A stretch of DNA of 64,000 nt from Macrostomum lignano. Lineage: Eukaryota. The translations under genes and the position numbers were made by a program. The notes below the pieces were generated by a model. That model was not told the origin of the DNA. It ran no database searches and worked only from the letters and a program-made list of their open reading frames with translations. Every line of letters starts with the position of its first letter. Position 1 is the stretch's first letter. Positions 24,510 to 61,400 of this stretch are shown in pieces. The stretch covers positions 22,763 through 86,762 of the forward strand of contig NIVC01001936.1 in assembly GCA_002269645.1 (NCBI GenBank). Direction: 5' to 3'.

Positions 24510-25292
24510 GTGCGGCTGGGATCGAGGTGGTAAGTGCGGAGTGAGGTGGTGGGTACGGCGTTAGGTGGTAAGTGCGGAGTGAGGTGGTGGGTACGGCGTT
24601 AGGTGGTGGGTGCGGAGTGAGATGGTGGGTACGGCGTTAGGTGGTGGGTGCGGAGTGAGATGGTGGGTACGGCGTTAGGTGGTGGGTGCGGAGTGAGGTG
24701 GTGGGTGCGGAGTGGGGTGGCAAGGACTACTCAAGTAACATATACGAGTATATAGGAAGCTACACTCGAAATCGATGGTAATGTTTTGAAGGCAACTTTT
24801 CGCCGAAAAATACACTACAGAGATCGGAGGTTTTAATTTTTTCAGCACAAAAATTGTTACTGCTTTTGATAGGAGGCAGATCCAGTGTTCATCTTTTGAT
24901 ATGTTGTGCCTTTCTTATTGCTTTATCGATATTCATAAAGCTTTTCGTTCAGAAATAGTTTTAAAGGCAGGTTTCACCGGAAAAATACACTACGGAGATA
25001 GGAAATTTCACGATTTTCAACACGAAAACAGTTATTGGGTCTCTTAACAGTGTCAGAGAAAGTTGCGTCCTTCTACTTAAGTTGTCCTTGTGAGGTGGTG
25101 GGTACGGCGTTAGGTGGCGGGTGCGGAGTGAGGTGGTGGGTGCAGAGTGAGGTGGTGGGTGCGGAGTGAGGTGGCGGGTGCGGAGTGAGGTGGTGGGTGC
25201 GGAGTGAGGTGGTGAGTGCGGAGTGAGGTGGCGGGTGCGGAGTGAGGTGGTGGGTGCGGAGTGAGGTGGCGGGTGCGGAGTGAGGGGGTGGG
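24510..25292. repeat. Two short arrays of GCGGAGTGAGGTGGTGGGT (24510-24720, 25090-25292)
   Basis: Same core family, plus orientation. Confidence 0.85.
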
Positions 25293-26207
25293 TGCGCGAT
25301 TGCTTCACGCTTCCTTTCTCTTTACTGAAGTACTTAATAAAGCAATCATTACAGCAGCAATATTTTACGATATAATACGCGCGCCCGTATATCACCACAG
25401 CACGAAAACTGTGACTTATAACATGTTAATAATGTTTTACTTGCGAAAGCATATATGCTCGTACATGTAAATGTAGTTACATGCTAATTATTATGTCATA
25501 CATTTTTACAATTAGCGTAATGTTAAGTTCTCTCTGGATAATAAATATATCGAAAGTAAATATAATATTTAATATGATATTTGTTTTCATAGTTTTATAT
25601 CACACGAACGACTTTCTTTCAAATACTTTTATTTCTTATTGTTGTCGTACTACTTACAGTAGTAAGCTCAGATATTTAGCGTATCTGAAATTTTAAACTA
25701 CATTCGAATTCTGTGTTTGACCATGTATAAAGAAAGCAAGCGCGTTATTTAGTGTATACAAAATAGTTTATAAAACTGTTTTATAAATTTCTTCAGGTGA
25801 GTATATTTATCTGAATGGCAAAAGTGCACAAATATATTAGTATGACGAAACATGCCAAACCTAAATTTCAGTCTGCACAATGTTTTCATATCACACTTGT
25901 CCATGTTTAAAAATAATAAATAATTACGTTTTTGATATTCCGTATGCTGTTGTAAAACAGTTAAAACTCAATTCTTTGCAATCTCTAAAAAACAACTTTT
26001 ACATGTTTTGTTTAAATCTTCAATGGCAAGTTTCTAATAGTTAGAGGAGGCGGAGCCTTCCAGGGCGCATAAATAGATGACAAACAATAATTTGTTCATG
26101 AAACCACGTGGAGTTCGTCGCTAAGGTTAATGTATTCAAATTAAGCAAGCAAAATTCACCATGCAAAAGCAAAAAAGTGTACAAAATCTGTGTAGGTTCT
26201 TTCAGTT

Positions 26208-27476
26208 TGATCCCCTTCCAGTCTGATCCCCTCCAGTCTGATCCCCTCCAGTCTGATCCCCTCCAGTCTGATCCCCTCCAGTCTGATCCCCTCCAGTCTG
26301 ATCCCCTCCAGTCTGATCCCCTCCAGTCTGATCCCCTCCAGTCTGATCCCCTCCAGTCTGATCCCCTCCAGTCTGATCCCCTCCAGTCTGATCCCCTCCA
26401 GTCTGATCCTCTCCAGTCTGATCCCCTCCAGTCTGATCCCCTTCGGTCTGATCCCCTCCAGTCTGATCCCCTCCAGTCTGATCCCCTTCGGTCTGATCCC
26501 CTTCGGTCTGATCCCCTCCAGTCTGATCCCCTCCAGTCTGATCCCCTCCAGTCTGATCCCCTCCAGTCTGATCCCCTCCAGTCTGATCCCCTCCAGTCTG
26601 ATCCCCTCCAGTCTGATCCCTTCCAGTCTGATCCCCTCCAGTCTGATCCCCTCCAGTCTGATCCCCTCCAGTCTGATCCCCTCCAGTCTGATCCCCTCCA
26701 GTCTGATCCCCTCCAGTCTGATCCTCTCCAGTCTGATCCCCTCCAGTCTGATCCCCTTCGGTCTGATCCCCTCCAGTCTGATCCCCTCCAGTCTGATCCC
26801 CTTCGGTCTGATCCCCTCCAGTCTGATCCCCTCCAGTCTGATCCCCTCCAGTCTGATCCCCTCCAGTCTGATCCCCTCCAGTCTGATCCCCTCCAGTCTG
26901 ATCCCCTCCAGTCTGATCCCCTCCAGTCTGATCCCCTCCAGTCTGATCCTCTCCAGTCTGATCCCCTCCAGTCTGATCCCCTCCAGTCTGATCCCCTCCA
27001 GTCTGATCCCCTTCAGTCTGATCCCCTCCAGTCTGATCCCCTCCAGTCTGATCCCCTTCAGTCTGATCCCCTCCAGTCTGATCCCCTCCAGTCTGATCCA
27101 CTCCAGTCTGATCCCCTCCAGTCTGATCCCCTCCAGTCTGATCCCCTCCAGTCTGATCCCCTCCAGTCTGATCCCCTCCAGTCTGATCCCCTTCAGTCTG
27201 ATCCCCTCCAGTCTGATCCCCTCCAGTCTGATCCCCTGAAGTCTGGACCCCTCCAGTCTGATCCACTTCAGTCTGATCCCTCCAGTCTGATCCCCTGAAG
27301 TCTGGACCCCTTCAGTCTGATCCACTTCAGTCTGATCCCCTTCAGTCTGATCCCCTCCAGTCTGGACCCCTTCAGTCTGATCCCCTCCAGTCTGATCCCC
27401 TCCAGTCTGATCCCTTTAAGTCTGGACCCCTTCAGTCTGATCGCCTCTAGTCTGATCCCCTCCAGTCTGATCCCCA
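26208..27476. repeat. 15-bp minisatellite (GTCTGATCCCCTCCA) downstream of ARHGEF17
   Basis: About 84 copies; source of the [15 protein letters not shown] ORFs. Confidence 0.97.
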
Positions 27477-27631
27477 TAAATCTTATTTAATTAAATTAAA
27501 TTTTTTTTATATTTGGTTTGAGAATGAAATAGGCATCCCATACTTATCTGATCTAAAAAAAGGATTTTTCACACAACAGAAGTTTTATACAGGTATTAAA
27601 AGTTATAGTCAAACTAAGCTAGCGTAAAAAC

Positions 27632-52251
<24,620 letters not shown>

Positions 52252-53036
52252 AACACAGAATGTTGATTGGGGATTTGTTTGTTCGACGAAGGTCCGGTAA
52301 GTCTATGATTTCAAACTGTATGGAGGAATTCCAGTGTCCAGCTCTCCTATTTATGCAATATGCGATTCGAACCTCGGGGCGAGGAAATGCCTCATTGGCT
52401 GACTGAAAAAGGCAGAGGTCCGCAAACTGCATTCCATTCTTCCACTCTCTTTCTCTCCCTATCTTCTTCTGCCAGTTTGCTAACAAGATAACGTCTTTAG
52501 AAGCTGCCCGCTGCTATAGGCTTTAGGGCATCGGGTTCAGCAAGATATAGCAACATAAATATATACGCTCGTATATGATACTACTGCATACAGCATACCA
52601 TATAAGTATTAGATGAAATTTTAGCCAAGGTACGGCCAGGGCATCAGGTTTTGGCAGCTGAAAGATTGAAGGATAGAGCTGGGAAAAGAAATCCCTATAG
52701 ACCTTTTCTTATCCTTTGCTAAAGCTGTTTGCCATTTCTATATTGGTTTAGTGCCAGGGACCTCTGATTGGCACCTGGACCGCACAAGGAGCCGCCTCGG
52801 TAGTAAGAGAACGTTTCACTTTATTTTATTGATTTTGTTACACACTGCAGCAGCGGCCATAGACAATATAATCAAGCTTATAGTAATTCAATCTAAAAAT
52901 CAACTCCAAGTCAAGGACGTCTTAATCACTCAGGACGGGAAATTCACAAATCATGGTGAAAACTATGCGGCTCAACCTCACTTTGTGACCCGTTATGGAT
53001 ATCAATAAATTTGCTTCAGGGCTCCAAAATGAGTGC

Positions 53037-53182
53037 CTGCGGCACGAAAATGAGTGCCTGTCTGCGGCACCAAAATGAGTGAATGCCTGCGGCACCAAAA
53101 TGAGTGCCTGTCTGCGGCACCAAAATGAGTGAATGCCTGCGGCACCAAAATGAGTGAATACCTTCGGCGTCAAAATGAGTGA
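53037..53182. repeat. Short array of GCGGCACCAAAATGAGTG
   Basis: About 6 units; motif resembles the subterminal repeat of the 3198-3490 element. Confidence 0.8.
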
Positions 53183-54249
53183 CTTTTAATTGCTGCTTAA
53201 ACTTTGCAATCGTTTTTTTTCACTTTCAAACGAAAAAAATGAGAGCGAGAAGTCATGGCGTGTTGTGTTGCCAAATATTTTGATGGCTAGTTTTCAATTC
53301 GGTCTCACAGTGATTTGCGAGTTTCCCGTCCTGAGTGATTTAGAAGTCCTTGCACCAAATTATATATAGAGTTCGTGTTAAACAGTTCGTGTGGCAGGCA
53401 AAGAAACAAACAAATGCGCTTAATTTCGTAGCCTCACAACACCAACAAGTTGATTGGTGAAATAATGCAGAAAATATCCGAAAGTCTTAGATGAGTTTGT
53501 CCTTGACCATAAACAAAAACTGTCCTTATTCGAGAAGTCCATGGATAGGTTTCAAATTAACTTCTAATGGTTATTTATCGTCAATATAATTTTGTTATAA
53601 TTTGTTGCATTCTGTTTTGAAATTAGCCAATCCAGAGGTATCTAAACGTCCCTGGCATAGTCAAACTGAAATAGCGGGAGCGAATATCTAATATATAGCC
53701 ATAGCCATAGGTGAAGAAAATCGCAGGGCCACAGAGAGAAGTTACAAAAGTCTACTTAGTTGGGTTCTTTGCTTTCCGCATATAAGTTGTATAGGCCTCT
53801 ATATAAAGCACGCGTGATTGATGGCATCGCTAAAACCCCATTGCATGCAACTTTTCCGGAGAGAGGGGGCGGCCGAGTTTTTTTTCGAATTTTCAGGCCC
53901 ATTTGGCCAGGTAAGGCCTGTCCGTCTCTTATCTCTCATGGCTTAGCCGGGGCCTAATCTCTCTCTGCAGTCACTTCCGTGATTCCTTTGGCTTAGTTCT
54001 GATCTGCAGCGACAGGTATACATCTACTATTCACCTAAACTACAGTAAGGTATATATAATAATTAATATAATTGTTTATGTTTACGGTCAATTTATTATA
54101 AGCAAAGGCTCGATCTTTTTCGCAAATTTGGCAAACGCGCATTGTGTAAAGCAGATAAACCAAAGGCCTCGTTAATTTGGGCTACTCGTGCCAAAATAAC
54201 TGGGCAAACCCCATAGGCACAGAGCGTGCACGTGCCTGACGGTTGAAAT

Positions 54250-54365
54250 GGGGGGGGGGTCGCCACACACCCTCAATTACCCCCAGCTAATGCTGGCACC
54301 CTTTACAGCTGGGTGAACTAAAGCAATGCAGAGTTAAGCGTCTTGCTAAAGGACGTGCACAAACA
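54250..54365 (-). mobile_element. 5'-truncated second copy of the CORE-type SINE
   Basis: Reverse complement reads GCAAGACGCTTAAC...TAGTTCACCCAGCTGTAAAGGGTGCCAGCATTAGCTGGGGGTAATTGAGGGTGTGTGGCGACCCCCCCCCC, closely matching 31295-31399. Confidence 0.8.
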
Positions 54366-55307
54366 GTTCAGTCGTGTAAAATTAGTAAAATCTATCTACT
54401 TTTTACTAATGTCCAGTAATTTAATTAGTCTCTTAATGAGCAGACTTCTTAGACAATTAAAAATGCGTTTTTGTTTAAATAAAATAAACACTTCCGGTTT
54501 TTAATGTCGTGCATTTGTTTTTAACAAAAAAACAAGTTACATGTAGTCTATTAACAAAAAGTGAGCCATATGATTTTAACAAGCAAAAATACTAGAGTAA
54601 AAACGCAAACTTTAACAGGACCAAAACGTCATAGCAAAGATTAAAACAAACAATTTATTCAAATCAAAGCGAGCATAAGAGAATAAAATCAACTATCTGG
54701 TGGAAGTGCTACTTTTCTACAATTTTTTGAAAAATACAATCTCGTGCGATGCTTTTCAATACTGCAAGTATTTTTTCTAAGAAAGGTGAGGCATTTTCCG
54801 GATTTTTTCGCCCTAATGCTTCGGACAGAAAAAAAGTGTATAAATTTTGAGGCGGATTTCTCTGATTACTTTTATTAGCTAAATGGTTAGTCTGTTAATA
54901 TGATTTATAAAGTCTAAATAGCTACACGTTGTGATATGCTTTTGACAATATTAAAACAAGTTTTATAGTAGCCAAATATGCTCAGAGAAATATTAGGCTG
55001 AATAAAATATTTATATGACACGCGAAAACAGTTTAAAATATGATAATTGCAATACTTGCTTATGGTGTTCTTTAGAAACCATTTGTTTAAATTAAGTTAA
55101 GAAAGAAAAAAGCATATTTAATTTGTCTTCTTACTTATGGTGCTAAACAGGAAACAGTGAAATGCTTGAGAGAAAACACGTACAAAAACAAAATAAGTCT
55201 TTTGACTTTCATCTGGTACATGTGTACTTTCTCCACTAGTGACATACATGTACTAGAAATCAGTTACAAGTTGATTTCTACGTGTACATGCATGTAAATC
55301 ATTGGCA

Positions 55308-55485
55308 GTCCCAATCCAATCCCAATGATGCAGTCACCCCATCCAATCCCAATGATGCAGTCACCCCATCCAATCCCACTGACGCAGTCACCCCATCCAA
55401 TCCCAATGATGCAGTCACCCCATCCAATCCCACTGACGCAGTCACCCCATCCAATCCCAATGACGCAGTCACCCCATCCAATCCC
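55308..55485. repeat. 30-bp minisatellite immediately after the STAC-like stop codon
   Basis: CCAATCCCAATGATGCAGTCACCCCAT units, about 6 copies. Confidence 0.95.
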
Positions 55486-55491
55486 CAGCTG

Positions 55492-58400
55492 TCACTCCAC
55501 CAGCCGTTCCAGAGCCTGAATCGGGCACTCCGCCTCCCGCCCGTCCTTAAGCCGCACTGGCACGAAGCCAACCTGACTCGGTCGCCGCTGCGCCGGCTGC
55601 ACCAGGATCTGGCCTCGGTAGAATCTCACCGCGGCGGCGCCCGATGGCACGGATTCAGCAGCCTCGCCAACACGCTGACCAGCCGGCGCCAGAGTGTGGC
55701 AGGTCTGCGTGTGAATCACTCGCCAGATGGCGTCGCCCTCGCCGATGCGCTGAACGTAGGAGCTGGGGAACAGGCCGATGCGGCCCATGCACTTGCCGTG
55801 CCACCAGTCCTGATCGGTCATGTCGATGCAGCTCAATTTGAAGCCGGCGCTGGCAAAACGGGGATGATGAGACGAGGGTTTGGGAATTTCTAGTTGCCAT
55901 GCAGTTATTTGAGCAGAAATTCCTATGCAACTCACCGGAGATCCATCTCGTCCCTGTGCCGAGCTCTGAAGTCGTACAGAACCACAAATAAATTCCCGGA
56001 GATGCGGCTGTCGCGTAGCTGAAGGGAAACAATTCATTTGAGATTTGTATGACTCTGAGGGGAGGAAGAGTGGAAAAGGGCGGATAAGAGCGGAGAAGAG
56101 TGGAGAAGAGCGGAGAAGAGCGGAGAAGGGGAGTACGACGTTTGCTTGCGGGAAGTTTGCTTGCCGAATTTTGCTTGCCGAACTTTGGGTATCCGAGCGT
56201 TGGGTATACTTACGAGTCATGATATGTAGCAATTCACAGATCGGTGGCACATTCATTCGCAAAAAATCTATTCTGTACAGTTCGCTGCCTAAATCATTCG
56301 ATATGTGCAGTGTTCGAAATTGTGTCCAATTTTTTGTTGAAAATATTCCCAGTAAAAAACTAAATTACTCCATTTCTGCGTTAGGACTTTTCAAATCCGT
56401 CATATCCTCATAAAAAATCATAACACTATATAGGTGACTTCCACGAATCTTAGAAAATGAAAATTAGAAATACACAAGAGCTCAAAAATAGGTTCTTTAA
56501 GGTTCCGCAAGAAAACTTTGGCTGGCAAACCTGGGCAAGCAAAATTTCTGCAAGAAAAGTTCGGCAAGCTTATGTGCAGCAAGCAAATTTCCGCAAGCAA
56601 ACTTCGGCAAGCAAATTTCATAGACCCGCGGAGAAGAGCGGAGAAGAGAGCGGAGAAGAGCGGAGAGGAGCGGAGAGGAGCGGAGAAGAGAGCGGAGAAG
56701 AGAGCGGAGAAGAGCGGAGAGGAGCGGAAGAGAGAAGAGCGGAGAAGAGCGGAGAGGAGCGGAGGAGAAAAGAGCGGAGAAGAGAGCGGAGAGGAGCGGA
56801 GAGGAGCGGAGAAGGGCGGAGAGGAGCGGAGAAGAGAGCGGAGAGGAGCGGAGAGGAGCGGAGAAGGGCGGAGAGGAGCGGAGAAGAGAGCGGAGAGGAG
56901 CGGAGAAGAGCGGAGAAGAGAGCGGAGAGGAGCGGAGAGGAGCGGAGAAGGGCGGAGAGGAGCGGAGAAGAGAGCGGAGAGGAGCGGAGAAGAGCGGAGA
57001 AGAGAGCGGAGAGGAGCGGAGAGGAGCGGAGAAGGGCGGAGAGGAGCGGAGAAGAGAGCGGAGAGGAGCGGAGAGGAGCGGAGAAGGGCGGAGAGGAGCG
57101 GAGAAGAGAGCGGAGAAGAGAGCGGAGAAGAGCGGAGAGGAGCGGAGGAGAGAAGAGCGGAGATGGTAGAGAGCAGAGGCACTGAAGAAGAGAAGAGCGG
57201 AGATGGTAGAGAGCAGAGGCACTGAAGAAGAGAAGAGCAGAGATGGTAGAGAGCAGAGGCAGTAAAGAAGAGAAGTCAGCTCTCGTACATGGCGCAGTCT
57301 GATCAACCAAAAATTGTATTTTTTATTTCTGTCTCAGCAGGCCAAAAGTCAATCACTCGGGCTGGCTAACCTACCATTCTGCGATGCCTTGGCGATCGTT
57401 GCAAAATAGAAGCAGCAAAACTGCTTCCAGCTGCGCTGGCCTCGGCGGCGGTGGCACCCGCCATCTCAGTGGAGGCGCTCAGTCCGGGTGAGGTGAAAGG
57501 GTCTGAAACAATGTAAATCTGCTTTGTCCATGCCAAGTTTGAAGGCTCTTCGAGTAATGTCATATTAATTTTACACTCACCAGTCTGACGTCGTATATGA
57601 TATTGGCCGCCAAAATTTCCACCGCTGCAATTGGCATCTTCTCGGGAAATCTGCTGCTGTGGCTGAGGTGGCTGAGGCACGTTTTTAGCCTCTCCCGTGT
57701 CTAACGAGAAACTCTTCATGGTCCATTGACGGCGCTGACGTGCGATCTTCTGATGCGGATCTGCCGATGCTGTAATTGATCCATGCTTGACAACTTTTCT
57801 GATGTGACTAAAGTATCTGACCCATCTCTATCATAATGAGTCAAGCTTCTCTGACCCATCTCTACCAAAGTGAGTCAAGCTTCTCCGACCTATCTTTACC
57901 ACAGTGAGTCAAGCTACTCTGACCCATCTCTACCAAAGTGAGTCAAGCTTCTCCGACCTAGCTTTACCACAGTGAGTCAAGCTTCTCTGACCCATCTCTA
58001 CCAAAGTGAGTCAAGCTTTTCTGACCTATCTTTACCACAGTGAGTCAAGCTACTCTGACCCATCTCTACCAAAGTGAGTCAAGCTACTCTGACCCATCTC
58101 TACCAAAGTGAGTCAAGCAACTCTGACCCATCTCTACTACAGTGAGTCAAGCTACTCTGACCCATCTCTACCACAGTGAGTCAAGCTTCTCTGACCCATC
58201 TCTACCAAAGTGAGTCAAGCTTCTCCGACCTATCTTTACCACAGTGAGTCAAGCTACTCTGACCCATCTCTACCAAAGTGAGTCAAGCTTCTCCGACCTA
58301 TCTTTACCACAGTGAGTCAAGCTACTCTGACCCATCTCTACCAAAGTGAGTCAAGCTACTCTGACCTATCTCTACCAAAGGGAGTCAAGCTTCTCTGACC

Positions 58401-61400
58401 CATCTCTACCAAAGTGAGTCAAGCTTCTCTGACCCATCTCTACCAAAGTGAGTCAAGCTTCTCCGACCTATCTTTACCACAGTGAGTCAAGCTACTCTGA
58501 CCCATCTCTACCAAAGTGAGTCAAGCTTTTCTGACCTATCTTTACCACAGTGAGTCAAGCTACTCTGACCCATCTCTACCAAAGTGAGTCAAGCTACTCT
58601 GACCCATCTCTACCAAAGTGAGTCAAGCTACTCTGACCTATCTCTACCAAAGGGAGTCAAGCTTCTCTGACCCATCTCTACCAAAGTGAGTCAAGCTTCT
58701 CTGACCCATCTCTACCAAAGTGAGTCAAGCTTCTCCGACCTATCTTTACCACAGTGAGTCAAGCTACTCTGACCCATCTCTACCAAAGTGAGTCAAGCTT
58801 CTCCGACCTATCTTTACCACAGTGAGTCAAGCTACTCTGACCCATCTCTACCAAAGTGAGTCAAGCTACTCTGACCCATCTCTACCAAAGTGAGTCAAGC
58901 AACTCTGACCCATCTCTACTACAGTGAGTCAAGCTACTCTGACCCATCTCTACCACAGTGAGTCAAGCTTCTCTGACCCATCTCTACCAAAGTGAGTCAA
59001 GCTTCTCCGACCTATCTTTACCACAGTGAGTCAAGCTACTCTGACCCATCTCTACCAAAGTGAGTCAAGCTTCTCCGACCTATCTTTACCACAGTGAGTC
59101 AAGCTACTCTGACCCATCTCTACCAAAGTGAGTCAAGCTACTCTGACCTATCTCTACCAAAGTGAGTCAAGCTTCTCTGACCCATCTCTACCAAAGTGAG
59201 TCAAGCTTCTCTGACCCATCTCTACCAAAGTGAGTCAAGTTTCTCCGACCTATCTTTACCACAGTGAGTCAAGCTACTCTGACCCATCTCTACCAAAGTG
59301 AGTCAAGCTTCTCCGACCTATCTCTACCACAGTGAGTCAAGCTTCTCTGACCCATTTCAATCATTATGAGTCAAGCAACTCTGACCCATCTCTACCAAAG
59401 TGAGTCAAGCTTCTCTGACCCATCTCTACCAAAGTGAGTCAAGCTTTTCTGACCTATCTTTACCACAGTGAGTCAAGCTACTCTGACCCATCTCTACCAC
59501 AGTGAGTCAAGCAACTCTGACCCATCTCTACCACAGTGAGTCAAGCAACTCTGACCCATCCTTCCCGAGTCCCCAGGAGACCCCAGCATGCGAGCCAGCT
59601 GCTCAGCTCACCTCGGCAGTGCTGTGGACTGCGCTCAGGTGAGTGCCCAACGGCCGGCAATCGCCTTGGCGACGAATGCGGCGAGTTACTCGATCGGCCG
59701 GCGGCGGAGCCCGCGATCCGATTGGCTGAGCCGACGGGGCTGTGCGGCGAGTGTCTCGGCGGAGATGGCTGCCCGAAGCTGGCTCCGCCACTGCGTCCTC
59801 GCCGATGCTGCTGATGGTGGTGCTGCAGGTGCTGCTGATGAAGCTGCTCCTCGCTGAGCACCAGCTGCAAGCCTGAGTTCTCCTGCTCAACTGAGAAACT
59901 CTTGTGCCGACCGTAGATTTGCTTCTTTCGCCGTGGACTCGGAGGCACTAAGGGGTTAGGATGTTTTTTCATGTACTTCAGCGGCAACATAAACTTAAGT
60001 AGTGGTTTATTCAGTGGCAAAAATAATTGGATAAATATTTTATAACAGTAAAAATAAGTTAAAAACAGCATCAACCTATTTCGAGTAGCAATTAAAGAAT
60101 GTAGCAGTTATTTTATCTGCGAGGAACAGTATTTCAAGTAGCTTGGATAGATAGTGGCTGGCTTGTTTATTTATAGAGAGGGACACTCGATATCAGCGGC
60201 TGTATCAACACAGGACTGGAATAAAAATGTACATTTATGCTAGAGACAAACAATGTACATATGGCCGCTCAAATCCTGGGACGAGAATATTGGCGCGGTT
60301 AGGCAATAAAATGGGGGTTGATTGACCTGAGCGATGCTGATTGGTTAAAATCCAATGAGCCAATAGCAAGTTACGATCACAGATACTAAAATAACTAGAT
60401 CGGGCCACTCAGGCAAATATACGAGCTACTTAGTAAAAAGGCTTTCTACTTTCAGTTCAGTAGCAAAGAATGCATAAACTATTTTTATAAAAATAAAGGC
60501 AGCTAAAATGATTTTGATAAGTTGAGAAGCCCAAGCTTACAGGCGTAAACAGCTTGCTAATTGGTTCAGCAAAAATGTACATTAGCCAGTCCAATGAAAT
60601 GTACATGGCAGCTTTAGGCTGGCAGGAAGTCCGAGAAAGGCAATAAAAGTTGGGGTGGGGCGAGGGGGGGGGTAGTGGGAAAGGCGCGGTTGGAGGGTCT
60701 AAGCTGGGGGGGGGGTAAGAGCCAATAGCTTATAGCCAATAAGACCCAATAGGGGTAAGAGCTAAGAGCCAATAAATGAGTCTTTGCTTTACAAAAACAT
60801 TAAAATGCTTTTGTCTAACCTACTACTGAACTGAAAGTAGCTTACACGCAAACGTGCTGAGCGGCCCATCTAGTTATTCTAGTTATCTGTGGTTACGGTC
60901 GATGATAGATATAGCTAATATATACGACGTCATATTGCTTGAAGTAGGGTAAAAGCATATAGCTCGTATATATACATGCATTTCCTAATAAATTATTACA
61001 CACAAAAGTTGAAGTTAAAATCAGAGTTAAAAAACTATCTCACCAAGCGACTCAATAAAATTGGTATTGGTAAATGACGAGCTCTTTTGTCTGACAGCTG
61101 TGTCCAGCCTTGTGTCCGCAGCTTCCTGCTGTTGAGTGGCTCGCTCAGGATTGTCAACTGAGACGCTTTTCATGCGAGAGTCCAACCGCCTGCGGTCCAT
61201 TGAGTCCAATCCTGATTGGGTGTGATATTTCAGAAGAGAGTACTCGTAGCTGACGTATAAATGTGTACCTGCGATTAACTATCTGGTATCCTCTAACTGA
61301 TTTGGAACCATCTGACACTCTCTCTTAACTGGGACTCTCTGACACTCTCTCTTAACTGGGACTCTCTGACACTCTCTCTTAACTGGGACTCTCTGACACT

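Noticed and set aside
26108-27325. Long ORFs of LQSDP / GIRLE / GDQTG pentapeptide repeats
   Set aside because: These are translations of a 15-bp satellite, open in several frames on both strands with no unique domain or gene context.
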